Positions 1-8,892 of a stretch of DNA of 64,000 nucleotides are shown here, one piece after another. Numbering within the stretch: position 1 is the stretch's first letter; each line of letters opens with the position of its first letter. Where the stretch lies: the IMG/VR virus record IMGVR_UViG_3300022468_000843; one strand, 5' to 3'. Below the pieces are notes generated by a model. It was given only the letters and a program-made list of their open reading frames with translations. It ran no database searches and was not told the DNA's origin. Made by a program: the position numbers and the translations under genes. The stretch comes from an uncultured virus (IMG/VR IMGVR_UViG_3300022468_000843) (Duplodnaviria > Heunggongvirae > Uroviricota > Caudoviricetes).

Positions 1-68
1 GGGGCAGACCGGGGCGCGCGGGGACGCGGCGGGCGGCAGGCGGCCATGGGTTGAGGTGTAGGGGGCGG

Positions 69-254
69 TCACAGCAGGCTCCTTGCGGCGCGCTCGATGG
101 CGGCTTTGAGGTCTCGGCGGGCGCGGCGGGCACGGCGCTCGCTGGCCTCGAGCTCGCGCTTGGCGCGCAGGTCAGAGACAGCCATGCGGGCGACGAACAC
201 GCAGAAGGCCACCACAAAGCAGAGCAGCGCGACCTCGATGGCGGCGCGCATCAC
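69..254 (-). CDS. Small membrane protein
   Basis: N-terminal hydrophobic helix, basic tail; 4-nt overlap with the upstream ORF. Confidence 0.6.
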   Translation of the reverse strand: MMRAAIEVALLCFVVAFCVFVARMAVSDLRAKRELEASERRARRARRDLKAAIERAARSLL

Positions 255-577
255 AGCCAGCCCTCGGCTCGCGCAACGACGGCCACCAGCGCCAGCATGG
301 TGAGCAGCAGCAGGATGTAGGCGGCGACGTGCGACTCGGGCTCCAGCGGATCGGCGAAGCGCTCGTCGGCCATGGGCGGCGGTTCGGCGGGCTTGGGCTG
401 CGCGACTCTGGCGACGGGGACGCTGCCGTAGTAGCCGTGGTCGGTGACGCGGCGGCGGTAGGCGGGGCGCGGGGAATGCGGCGGGGCGTCGCTGGACTCG
501 GGCCAGGCGACCTCTGGGAAGTGGACGTGCTCGCCGGGCGGGTGCTCGGCGGGGGTTGGGGCGTCGGGTTCGGTCAT
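251..577 (-). CDS. Pro-rich hypothetical protein with C-terminal TM helix
   Basis: Start trimmed to MTEPDAP; coupled overlap with the next gene. Confidence 0.6.
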   Translation of the reverse strand: MTEPDAPTPAEHPPGEHVHFPEVAWPESSDAPPHSPRPAYRRRVTDHGYYGSVPVARVAQPKPAEPPPMADERFADPLEPESHVAAYILLLLTMLALVAVVARAEGWL

Positions 578-605
578 GGGTGGGGCGCAGTTGGAAAGCG
601 GGGGG

Positions 606-920
606 TCAGGCGGCGCGGGCAGCGCGATCGCGCTCCCACTGTTCGAGCACGGCGGCCTCAAGGCGGCGGCGGACCTCGGCACCGTAGGCGGCGGGGTCAG
701 CGCCCACCGGTGGGGCGGCTGCCGCGGCGGCGGCGACGTTGGCGATGAAGGCTCGGCGGGAATCGCGGTCGTCCAGGCGCAGGATGCGCACGACGCGCAG
801 GTGGCGCTCGTGGCACTCGGCCTGCCACGCGGGGGCGTAGTTGCACGACGGCGCACCGGTGGCCAGCGCCAGGGGCTTGTGCCACTGGTCGGTGGCGCGG
901 CCGCAGTGCTCGCAGGTCAC
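606..920 (-). CDS. Hypothetical protein (N-terminal CxxC)
   Basis: ORF in coupled leftward operon. Confidence 0.6.
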   Translation of the reverse strand: MTCEHCGRATDQWHKPLALATGAPSCNYAPAWQAECHERHLRVVRILRLDDRDSRRAFIANVAAAAAAAPPVGADPAAYGAEVRRRLEAAVLEQWERDRAARAA

Positions 921-1447
921 AGGCGGGCGCCCAGGGCGCGGGCGGCGCCGGTGGTGACGGTGTAGTCGTGGGGCTGCAGGCGGCCGGCCTCGATGTCGCG
1001 GATCCGGCGATCGGTCGCGCGGAAGGCCCGGATGACGGAACGGGCAGGCGCAGCGAGCAGGATGGCAGCCCAGTCCTCGACCATGCCCTCGACCGACGGG
1101 AAGTCGGCGGCGGGCAGGACGACGGGATCACCCGGCGCGCGGGCCGCCTGGGTTGCGCGCTTGAGCGCGTCGAAGCCGTCCTGCAGCAGACCGTCGGGGT
1201 CAGCAGCGAGCCCTTGTTGGAGCATGGTTTCCAGGACGTTGCCCACCATGCAGCACAGCGACCACGCGGTGATGGTTGCCGTTTCGGGCGACCGCATGCG
1301 TACCAGGGCGGAGCGGGCAGCGGCGATGCGGCCTGCGTGCACCTCGGGCGGCGCAGGCTCGTCCGGCGACGCGAGCAGCTCGTCCATCATGGTGAAGCAG
1401 TCGATTTGCGCGACGCTGGAGCGGCGGGAGCGGGGGCGTTGTTTCAT
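917..1447 (-). CDS. Hypothetical phage protein
   Basis: ORF with 4-nt overlap, protein-like composition. Confidence 0.7.
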   Translation of the reverse strand: MKQRPRSRRSSVAQIDCFTMMDELLASPDEPAPPEVHAGRIAAARSALVRMRSPETATITAWSLCCMVGNVLETMLQQGLAADPDGLLQDGFDALKRATQAARAPGDPVVLPAADFPSVEGMVEDWAAILLAAPARSVIRAFRATDRRIRDIEAGRLQPHDYTVTTGAARALGARL

Positions 1448-1474
1448 GCGGCCAACAAAATTAATGAGGCAATT

Positions 1475-2227
1475 TTACACCCAAAGCGGAGACGGCGGTT
1501 CGGCGGCGCGCAGCGTGTGGGCGTCCAGCAACGTGAAGCGGCCCGGCGGGCGCCAGCCCCGGGTGTCGATGAAGTGGACGTTGCCGAGCACGGACGGCGC
1601 ATCGGCCGGGGAGTGGCCGACCACCACGGCGCGAACGCCAGCGACCTCGTCGGTGATCCCCTTGTCGAAGCGGTCGCGCGACCACTGGGCCCGGTCGATC
1701 AGGTTCTCGCGGGCGCCATTCGACAGCGCGGGGCTTTCCAGGGCTTCGACGAACGCGGGCCAGGACAGGCCAGGCACGTCGGCGTGCACGATGCCGACCA
1801 GGCCGCCCGCGGTCTCGATCTGGATTGCCACGGGCAGCGCGGCGAAGGCGGCGGCGAAGTCTCGCTGCACGTCGGGCGGGTTCGAGACATTCCAGGCGCC
1901 GCCGTTGACGACGTAGTGGCCCGGGAACATGAAGCCGAGCGGCCAGCGGATGGCGTAGTCCTCGTGGTTGCCCGAGACGGCGTGGAACCAGGGGCGGGCC
2001 AGCCAGTCGAGCGCCTGGTCGGACTCGGGCCCGCGGTCCACCAGGTCGCCGACGGAGAAAAGGCGGTCGCGCGCGGGGTCGAAGGCGACGGCGTCGAGCG
2101 CGGCCTGCAGGCGGGTGAAGTGGCCGTGCACGTCGCCGACGATGAGGTCACGCCCCAGGGGGTTGCGGGCGAAGCGGGCCACGAGCGGGCCGGTCTGGTT
2201 GATTTTGCTCAAAATTATTGCTCCCAT
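1475..2227 (-). CDS. Ser/Thr protein phosphatase (lambda NinI/PphA-like metallophosphoesterase)
   Basis: GDVHG, GDLVDRG, GNHE motifs; true start may be TTG at 2212 after GGAG. Confidence 0.93.
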   Translation of the reverse strand: MGAIILSKINQTGPLVARFARNPLGRDLIVGDVHGHFTRLQAALDAVAFDPARDRLFSVGDLVDRGPESDQALDWLARPWFHAVSGNHEDYAIRWPLGFMFPGHYVVNGGAWNVSNPPDVQRDFAAAFAALPVAIQIETAGGLVGIVHADVPGLSWPAFVEALESPALSNGARENLIDRAQWSRDRFDKGITDEVAGVRAVVVGHSPADAPSVLGNVHFIDTRGWRPPGRFTLLDAHTLRAAEPPSPLWV

Positions 2228-2321
2228 GCGCCCCGGCAGCGCCCCGACAGCGCCGCTTTAGGCTAAATACTCAATGAAATCAAGCGGTTACGCGCCCTGA
2301 TGACCTGATTACAAATCTGGT
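2227..2321. other. Second att-like site: three arm-type repeats, IHF box, core-type inverted repeat
   Basis: TGCGCCCC-ggc-AGCGCCCC-gac-AGCGCCGC (2227-2256), AATCAAGCGGTTA (2278-2290), ACCTGA-TTACAAA-TCTGGT (2303-2321). Confidence 0.55.
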
Positions 2322-2687
2322 TCAGCCCGGATTCGGCACCTCGGCGGCCACGATGACCGACGGCATGTCGGGCGTGGGCGACGGGTTCACGACGCAGCGA
2401 ATCCCGGCGTCGACCAGCGAGTGGCCAGACTTCGAGCCCTTGGTGGGCCGGCGGATCTTGGTACCGCAGCAGCACAGCGCGTCGGCGGCTTCGGCCACGG
2501 CCTCAAGGCCGCAGTTGGTGCAATGGTAGCGGCGCGAAGCCCCACCAGCGCCCTGGGACACCAGGCGGGAGAAGCAGGCGCGGCAGATGTGGGGTTCGAG
2601 ACGCCAGGAATCCTGCGTCTGGGCTGAGGGCTCGCAGGATTCCTGCGCTGGAGCGGCCTCACGCGCAGGCGCCCGCGCGCGCCCCAT
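2322..2687 (-). CDS. Cys-rich zinc-binding hypothetical protein
   Basis: HICRAC, CTNCG, CCCG motifs; start uncertain. Confidence 0.7.
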   Translation of the reverse strand: MGRARAPAREAAPAQESCEPSAQTQDSWRLEPHICRACFSRLVSQGAGGASRRYHCTNCGLEAVAEAADALCCCGTKIRRPTKGSKSGHSLVDAGIRCVVNPSPTPDMPSVIVAAEVPNPG

Positions 2688-2806
2688 TGACGATTTGCCC
2701 CCGCATTCCGCCTCACCGCTCAAATTCCCTGAACGATCGCCCCCCGCACCTTTCAGATTTTCTGAAGGCTCGTCAAACAGCCGAAGTGAGTGCCCACCAA
2801 CCCCCT

Positions 2807-3334
2807 TCACAGCAGTACCCCCTGCCTCAGCCCACCACCAGCACACCCCCGACCAATCACCACCCGTTTCGTCGAGTCCCGCAAAAGCTCCACCACCAAC
2901 TCATCCGCGCTCGCGGTCAAAGCCCGAGTCAGCACCCGCACCTCGCCATCGCACACATACCGCACCGACCTCCGTACCAGGGGCGGATGCTTCACCGGCG
3001 CTTTGCCCTTCGCGTTCCGGCCCTTCGCCCACTCATACGCGCGGTTCTGGCAGCTCACGCACACATTACCCCCGATCAACCGCAGGTCCGTCCGGTGGCA
3101 CCGGCTGCAGATCGTCGTCCCACGCAACGGGCTCATGCTGGAATCTTCGACCCCCGCGTGCTTCGCCCCCAACGGGCACTGCATGCAGCGAAACAGCCGC
3201 TCCGGCGGAGCCCCGCCGGCGTTCGCCTCGTTCCACATGCCCACGCAGGACGCGACCTGCAGGCTTGCCGACAACCGGTCGCACCGGAACATCGGCTTAC
3301 CCGGCAACAGCGGGTTCTCGAAGTATTCGACCAT
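2807..3334 (-). CDS. Cys-rich zinc-binding hypothetical protein
   Basis: Several CxxC pairs; start trimmed to MVEYFENP. Confidence 0.7.
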   Translation of the reverse strand: MVEYFENPLLPGKPMFRCDRLSASLQVASCVGMWNEANAGGAPPERLFRCMQCPLGAKHAGVEDSSMSPLRGTTICSRCHRTDLRLIGGNVCVSCQNRAYEWAKGRNAKGKAPVKHPPLVRRSVRYVCDGEVRVLTRALTASADELVVELLRDSTKRVVIGRGCAGGGLRQGVLL

Positions 3335-3406
3335 GGCCACCCAGCACAAAAATTTTGCTGAGCGGATTATGTCACGACACCCAAGCAAACGGCCGTGAGG
3401 ACGCGG

Positions 3407-3679
3407 TCACTTCCGTGAGTTGCGCAGGAGATCGATCACGTCGAGCCGCCAGTAGATCCCGCCGCCCCGCACCGTTCGGCACAAGCCCAAGTCCCGCGCA
3501 AACTTGGTCGGCTCAAGCGAGTTGTCCGGCGACACCCTGCCTTGCAGGCTTCGGCGGGTCAGCATGCCATCGACGCTCGACGCCGGGATGCCCATTCGCT
3601 TCGACAGAAACGCCACGTTCGCAAATATGCCGTGGATCACATTGGGACCGACGTCCCGCTTTTTCGGCTTGGTTTTCAT
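3407..3679 (-). CDS. Small basic, possibly DNA-binding protein
   Basis: Start trimmed to MKTKPKK; wHTH-like pattern. Confidence 0.5.
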   Translation of the reverse strand: MKTKPKKRDVGPNVIHGIFANVAFLSKRMGIPASSVDGMLTRRSLQGRVSPDNSLEPTKFARDLGLCRTVRGGGIYWRLDVIDLLRNSRK

Positions 3680-3714
3680 GCCCTGATGTTTGATCAGAAA
3701 CAGCCCAAACGGCG

Positions 3715-4035
3715 GAGGGAACTCGATCTTTGCTGAGTTCCACCCAAGTTCCGCCCAGGTTCCACCAACAAAACAGCTCTTATATATATATTTATAAGGG
3801 TATTTAGTAAGTAGTAGTAGGGAGGGAGGAACCAGTGGAACTTCTTTATTGAGACAAACCCCATACAAGAACCAATTTATTTACAGATCACACACATATG
3901 TTTGTTCGGCGTGTGATATATTTAATTCCCCTTTATACCGTTTTGCGCCCGGGTTACCGGTTCCTCGGTTCCACCCAGCAAAATCAGGGGGTTTCGCGGA
4001 ACCGACCAGTTCCACCCGCCTTCCAGTTCCACCCT
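3715..4035. repeat. Candidate replication origin: AT-rich core with (G/A)GTTCC(A) repeats in both orientations
   Basis: About ten GTTCC/GGAAC boxes around TTATATATATATTTATAAG in a divergent intergenic region. Confidence 0.55.
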
Positions 4036-4046
4036 TTGACACCGAA

Positions 4047-4727
4047 ATGACCGAAAAACACACCGAAGACGACGCGCCGCGCCACATCATGGACCGCGCC
4101 GCGATGATGGACGCCATCGGCGCGATGCGCCCCACCTACACCAAAGCGGGCGGATCAGCCCGCCTCGCCATCGGCGAAAAAGACCTCGAATTCATGATGG
4201 TCCAGATCAAGCAGCGAGCCGCGCTGAAGAAGCTCGACGTGGCCGTGACAGGCCAGCCAGGCGACTACACCGTGACCCTGGCGCCACGGCCGCGCGCGCC
4301 GGTGGGCCGGGTGGCCAGCAGCGCGCGCCAGGCCATCGAGGCGATCAAGCCTGGGTTGTTCGCGTCCTTCCCACTTGATGGGCCGGGCGCGGTCGGACCG
4401 GCGAACGTCAAGATGATGGCCCAGGCGGCACAACGAAAGCTGGGCACCCGGTACACCGTCGCAGTGCTCCAGAGCGAGGGCGTCACCACCGTCACCCGCA
4501 TCGACAGCCTGGACCAGGCGCACCCCGCCGTTCGAGCCGACATCGAGGCCAAGCTGACGCCGCGCTACCCGTTCGCCACCATGGCCATAGGCGACACCCA
4601 CACCACACCGCTGACAGCAGGCGTCGAGAACATCCGCACGATGGCAGCGTACCAAAAGAGCAAGCACGGAAGGCGCTTTACAGTCAGCAAGCGCGATGAC
4701 TGCATAGTTATCACACGGGTCGAATAG
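4047..4727 (+). CDS. Hypothetical protein of tandem small alpha/beta domains, possibly DNA-binding
   Basis: Start MTEKH; internal repeat ending VTRID / ITRVE. Confidence 0.7.
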   Translation: MTEKHTEDDAPRHIMDRAAMMDAIGAMRPTYTKAGGSARLAIGEKDLEFMMVQIKQRAALKKLDVAVTGQPGDYTVTLAPRPRAPVGRVASSARQAIEAIKPGLFASFPLDGPGAVGPANVKMMAQAAQRKLGTRYTVAVLQSEGVTTVTRIDSLDQAHPAVRADIEAKLTPRYPFATMAIGDTHTTPLTAGVENIRTMAAYQKSKHGRRFTVSKRDDCIVITRVE

Positions 4728-4767
4728 GCCGGTTCCGCCTCTGGTTCCACCCCAAGGTTCCACCACA

Positions 4768-4849
4768 ATAACCCCGCACCCAGCTCGGCCTTTGCTAGAT
4801 GCCGCAAAAATTTTGAGGCATGATCCAGTCATACCAACCGAGCAGCACC
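4768..4849 (+). promoter_or_regulatory. Early promoter/operator module copy 1
   Basis: ATAACC box, palindrome ATGCCGCAAAAATTTTGAGGCAT (4799-4821), CATGAT -10-like. Confidence 0.75.
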
Positions 4850-5092
4850 ATGACCAAGACCCAAGCCGCCCTCACCGACCGCATCGCCAAAGCCAAGGCA
4901 GCAGGCCGCAGCAGCATCGACGTCAACGGCAAGCGCGAAGTGGACGCCGCCCGCAAGATCGCAGACGCCGGGGCGGCCACCTTCACCAGCACCAGCGGCA
5001 TGAGCGGCGGCAAGTATTACGTCCACCCGATCACCCGCACCGGCGCAACGACGAAGCCGGTCTTTGTTTTCGCCGGAAGCCTCGAATTCTGA
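4850..5092 (+). CDS. Hypothetical early protein
   Basis: First ORF after module 1. Confidence 0.7.
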   Translation: MTKTQAALTDRIAKAKAAGRSSIDVNGKREVDAARKIADAGAATFTSTSGMSGGKYYVHPITRTGATTKPVFVFAGSLEF

Positions 5093-5115
5093 CCACACCA
5101 CACCAGGAGCCCCAC

Positions 5116-5430
5116 ATGACAGACCGCACCACCCTCGCCCTCGCCGCCTGCGCCGGCCTCAGCGACGCCGAACTCGCCCAGCGCGGCGCCCAGGGCTACG
5201 CCAAGATGATCGAGCGCAAGCGCAAGTACGCCGCGGCCGCCCGGCTGGTGGCCACGGCCAACGAGGTGCTCGCCAAGGAGCTGGCCAAGACCAAGGCCGC
5301 CCTCAAGGCAGCCCAGGCCCAGCTCACCACCCTGGAGCAGCTCGACACCCCGATCAGCGACACCACCCAGGCCATGGGCATGCTCGCCAACATCGCAGCC
5401 AAGCCAGCAGCACCAGGGGCGCAGGCATGA
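5116..5430 (+). CDS. Hypothetical coiled-coil protein
   Basis: AGGAG RBS, start MTDRTT. Confidence 0.75.
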   Translation: MTDRTTLALAACAGLSDAELAQRGAQGYAKMIERKRKYAAAARLVATANEVLAKELAKTKAALKAAQAQLTTLEQLDTPISDTTQAMGMLANIAAKPAAPGAQA

Positions 5431-5666
5431 GCGCAGGCACCCCGCACCAGTGCCAGCATCCGCGCGGCCGCGGCTTTCACCGCAAGATCTGCTGGCCGCC
5501 CATCGCCCAGACCCCCGCCATGGCCGTCGAGACGGACCGAGGCACCGAGCAGCGCCCGATCGACACCGTGCACGGCCAGCTCGTCGTGCCCGCCCTGCGC
5601 CCAGGCGAGGAAGCATTTCACAGCATCGACGGCCGCTGCCACGTCATCAACACCGGCAACCACTAA
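5427..5666 (+). CDS. Hypothetical protein
   Basis: ATGA overlap. Confidence 0.6.
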   Translation: MSAGTPHQCQHPRGRGFHRKICWPPIAQTPAMAVETDRGTEQRPIDTVHGQLVVPALRPGEEAFHSIDGRCHVINTGNH

Positions 5667-5699
5667 CCACCAACAGGCCCGGCGGCACCGGGTGACCGC

Positions 5700-5784
5700 A
5701 TAACCACACGCCCGGCTCAGGCTTGCAACATGCGGCAAAAATTTTGAGGCATACTCAAGCCACACCAACACACCGGAGAGCACC
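5700..5784 (+). promoter_or_regulatory. Early promoter/operator module copy 2
   Basis: ATAACCACACGCC, ATGCGGCAAAAATTTTGAGGCAT (5730-5752), CACACCAAC, GGAGAG. Confidence 0.8.
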
Positions 5785-5997
5785 ATGACCACCACCGCCA
5801 CCACCGCCACCATCGCCGCCACCCGCACCCTGACCGTCTGGATCGACGGCCTCAACCGCGAAGTGAAGACCAACGTGCCCGAAGGCCCACGCCGCGAGAA
5901 GCAGGCCCTCTACGACGTCTGGATGGCGCTGACCGACGACGAGCGCAACGCGGTCACCGAGATGGAAGTCGTCGAAGACGAGCCGATCGCAGCCTAA
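5785..5997 (+). CDS. Hypothetical early protein
   Basis: RBS GGAG; follows module 2. Confidence 0.75.
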   Translation: MTTTATTATIAATRTLTVWIDGLNREVKTNVPEGPRREKQALYDVWMALTDDERNAVTEMEVVEDEPIAA

Positions 5998-6032
5998 CCA
6001 ACACCACGCCCGGCAGCCCCGGGCACACCATC

Positions 6033-6581
6033 ATGACCAGACCTACCCCCCTCACCCTCGCCCAGCTCCAGGGATACGCCACCCCCGTCTTCGCCCAGTC
6101 CATCAAGCCAGTCTTCATCTGCCCGATCTGCGGCAAGCACCACGCCAACCGCACCTCGCTCCAGGATTGCATGGCCAGCACCGAGCAACCCCTTGCCAGC
6201 GTCGGCGACATCGTGGCCATCGGCGGCGGCTACTCATGGCACGACGGCGACAAAGACTGGGTCTGTGACAACGACGGCTACAAGTTCCACGGGAAGAAGA
6301 CGCTGCGGTTTTGGTACGTCATCACCGCGATCACCCAGTACGGCGGCAGCGCGCGCATCCACAACACAGGCCCCGAGGGCGACCGGCAAGCACACCAGCT
6401 TGTCTACCACGTGCAAACCCTCGGACTTTTCCACGGCCACGAGGACGGCCAACACGGATGGACGCGCCCAGGCAGCCACATCGGCTGGAATAAGCCCGAC
6501 CAACCCAAGCGCCCACCACCAGCCAGCGTCATCGAGGCATCCAAGGCCATGATCGGCCGCACCTTCAGCAACCTGCTCTGA
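6033..6581 (+). CDS. Hypothetical protein with zinc-finger-like CPICGKHH
   Basis: ORF with phage-typical codon usage. Confidence 0.7.
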   Translation: MTRPTPLTLAQLQGYATPVFAQSIKPVFICPICGKHHANRTSLQDCMASTEQPLASVGDIVAIGGGYSWHDGDKDWVCDNDGYKFHGKKTLRFWYVITAITQYGGSARIHNTGPEGDRQAHQLVYHVQTLGLFHGHEDGQHGWTRPGSHIGWNKPDQPKRPPPASVIEASKAMIGRTFSNLL

Positions 6582-6586
6582 CCACC

Positions 6587-6799
6587 ATGCCCATCACCGA
6601 CACGCAGCGCCTCGACTGGCTGATGCAGCACACACGGGCCGAGTTCGACCACACATCACAAGGCCACACGCTGATGACCTACGTCACCAGCGGCGACCAA
6701 CACAGCAACGGCGTCTCGGGCCACTTCCTGGCCTCGGGCGACAGCAAGCGCGCGTGCATTGACGCATTCATCACGGGCAACGCCCACCGCATCGACTGA
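6587..6799 (+). CDS. Hypothetical protein (TDTQRLDWL motif)
   Basis: Common phage 'D..RLDWL' motif. Confidence 0.7.
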   Translation: MPITDTQRLDWLMQHTRAEFDHTSQGHTLMTYVTSGDQHSNGVSGHFLASGDSKRACIDAFITGNAHRID

Positions 6800-6804
6800 C
6801 CACC

Positions 6805-7068
6805 ATGCAATACATCCTCACCCAACAAGAATACGACGACTTGCGCCGCGCCCAGGACGTGCTGACCACGACCAAGAAAGCCGAGCTGCAAAAGCTGTGC
6901 ACAGACGCGGCAAACCACATCCCCATCGTGCGCGACTGGGCGCCGAACGCCATGCCCGCCCCGTGGGGCTGCATCCTCGACGAGAGCAGCCCGAACGACG
7001 GCGGCTACTGCGACGAGTGCCCGGCCCAGGCCATCTGCCCGCACGACGGCAAGGAGTTCAGCCAGTGA
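6805..7068 (+). CDS. Hypothetical Cys-containing protein
   Basis: MQYILTQQEY...YCDECP..ICP. Confidence 0.75.
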   Translation: MQYILTQQEYDDLRRAQDVLTTTKKAELQKLCTDAANHIPIVRDWAPNAMPAPWGCILDESSPNDGGYCDECPAQAICPHDGKEFSQ

Positions 7069-7418
7069 CCATCCGCAAACTCATCAGCAGCGACCAGGCT
7101 GTCGTCGGCAAAAAGCAACACACGACAGCGTGCAGCGACTGCCCGTACCGCCGCGATTCGCTCAACGGCTGGCTGGGTGGCAACAGCGTCGCCCAATTCC
7201 TCGCCGTCGCCCACAGCGACACGCGGTACGACTGCCACACGATCAAGAAGCAGCAGTGCGCAGGACTTGCGATCTACCGCAGGAACACCTGCAAGCGCGT
7301 CGACCCGCCGCTGCTCACCTTGCCGGCCGACCACGACACCATCCTGTCCAACCCGATGGAGTTCCAGTCGCACCACGAAGCCAAGTGCGGGACCATCACA
7401 CCACGCAAAAAGCCATGA
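7065..7418 (+). CDS. Cys-rich protein (CxxCPYR...CH...CAG)
   Basis: GTGA overlap; recurrent phage Zn motif. Confidence 0.7.
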   Translation: MTIRKLISSDQAVVGKKQHTTACSDCPYRRDSLNGWLGGNSVAQFLAVAHSDTRYDCHTIKKQQCAGLAIYRRNTCKRVDPPLLTLPADHDTILSNPMEFQSHHEAKCGTITPRKKP

Positions 7419-7924
7419 CCACCCCAGACCACGACCCCCAGAGCGACAGCGCCCGCCTCGCCCGTCACCGCGCCCTGCACAGCCCCGTGCACCCCGACGT
7501 CGCGGCAGCGGCAAAGGCCGCCCAGCGCCAAAACCTCATCGACCAGGGCTGGACGCCACCGCGCAAGCCCGGCTTCCAGCCCCAGGTGCCGACCATGGCC
7601 TACCTGCACCCCACGGCCGACGGCTGCGTCACCACCGACCCAACCGCGTACCAGGCGCCACGCGAGCTGTTGCTCAAGAACGACGTGTACGACTACATCA
7701 CATGGATGGAGGCCGGTATCGACGAGTGGCGCGCCACGGCATTCCAGTGGCGCGACGTTGCGATGAAGGCACAGGACCAGCACCGCCTCGCTCTGCTCAA
7801 AGCCCAGACCGCGATCGGCCACCTGCAGGACATCCTCAACCAGCGCTGCACAGCCACCCAAAGGCTGGAGGCTGAGAACGCAGCCCGCGACTGGCTGCAC
7901 AGCATCGGGAGCAAGCCAGCATGA
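7415..7924 (+). CDS. Hypothetical protein
   Basis: ATGA overlaps at both ends. Confidence 0.7.
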   Translation: MTTPDHDPQSDSARLARHRALHSPVHPDVAAAAKAAQRQNLIDQGWTPPRKPGFQPQVPTMAYLHPTADGCVTTDPTAYQAPRELLLKNDVYDYITWMEAGIDEWRATAFQWRDVAMKAQDQHRLALLKAQTAIGHLQDILNQRCTATQRLEAENAARDWLHSIGSKPA

Positions 7925-8205
7925 ACCTCACCACCTGCCCCGTCTGCAACGGCACCGGCCGCGTCCCCGCAGGTAACACGCCCCACAAAGCTGTCCGCTG
8001 GGGCTACGAAAAAACCACCGACACCCTGGTCTGCAACAACTGCGGCGGCCAGACCATGAGCGGCCAACCCACCGGCAAGGTGCGCACGCGTCCCGACGGC
8101 ACGCCCTGCACGCACGAGTACACCAGCCGCAACGCAGGGCGCTGCATCACAGCATACACATGCCAGCATTGCGGTGACAGCTACACAATCGATAGCAGCG
8201 ACTGA
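7921..8205 (+). CDS. Zinc-finger protein (CPVCNGTG)
   Basis: DnaJ-type CxxCxGxG plus further CxxC. Confidence 0.75.
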   Translation: MNLTTCPVCNGTGRVPAGNTPHKAVRWGYEKTTDTLVCNNCGGQTMSGQPTGKVRTRPDGTPCTHEYTSRNAGRCITAYTCQHCGDSYTIDSSD

Positions 8206-8290
8206 TAACCACACGCCGCGGTCAACATAGCTCATGCCTCAATATTTTTGAGGCATGATCCGTTCACACCAACACCGAACGGAGAGCAGC
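8205..8290 (+). promoter_or_regulatory. Early promoter/operator module copy 3
   Basis: ATGCCTCAATATTTTTGAGGCAT (8234-8256), best palindrome; CACACCAAC; GGAGAGCAGC-ATG. Confidence 0.8.
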
Positions 8291-8488
8291 ATGACCAACA
8301 CCGAACGCCTCATTAGCAGCCTTGAACAGGCGGTCGCCCAGGGCGAGGCAGCGATCACCTTCATGGTTGGCAAGTACACCGGCAACGGCCCCAGCGTGGT
8401 GGCAGCCCTGCGCCGCCGGGGCTACCGCGTTGACCCCATCGGCGGATCGAGCGCCACCTACCGCCTCCACCAGAAAGCAGCAGCATGA
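8291..8488 (+). CDS. Hypothetical early protein
   Basis: RBS; follows module 3. Confidence 0.7.
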   Translation: MTNTERLISSLEQAVAQGEAAITFMVGKYTGNGPSVVAALRRRGYRVDPIGGSSATYRLHQKAAA

Positions 8489-8880
8489 AACTCGGCACCC
8501 AAACCGGCAGCGTCATCAACCACCTGCACTCGCGCGCGGTCATCGGCCAGCCCGACCCCAAACCCGGAATGGGCGCCACCATCCTCGGCTGGACCGACCG
8601 CACCGCAGCGACCATCTTCCGCGTGTTCCAGGTCGGCAAGGCCACGATCATCGAGACGCGCGACGACCACACCACCTGCGTCAGCGGCAGCGCCCACGAC
8701 GGCTCAGCAACCTACGAGCACAAGATCGACGTCAAAGGCCACGCCCGCCACTTCCGCCGCAAGGCAGACGGCATGTGGGAGTGCGTGTATATGAACCAGG
8801 ACACCGGCCGGTGGAACAAGTCCAGCGGCCAAGGCCTGCGCATCGGCGAACGCGACACCTACTACGACCCGAGTTTTTAA
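8485..8880 (+). CDS. Hypothetical phage protein (C-term YYDPSF)
   Basis: ATGA overlap; GMGAT..WTDR..YYDPSF pattern. Confidence 0.8.
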   Translation: MKLGTQTGSVINHLHSRAVIGQPDPKPGMGATILGWTDRTAATIFRVFQVGKATIIETRDDHTTCVSGSAHDGSATYEHKIDVKGHARHFRRKADGMWECVYMNQDTGRWNKSSGQGLRIGERDTYYDPSF

Positions 8881-8892
8881 CCCGCAACCACC

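Noticed and set aside
2241..2268. TTAGGCTAAAT resembles the XerD arm of dif
   Set aside because: No recognisable XerC arm at 6- or 8-bp spacing
2290..2330. Possible tRNA-Thr gene (GATTTGTAATCAG on minus strand)
   Set aside because: No T-loop, D-arm or acceptor stem; treated only as a core-like site
2536..2554. Degenerate arm doublet GAAGCCCC-acc-AGCGCCCT right of the second core
   Set aside because: Several mismatches inside a GC-rich CDS; could be chance
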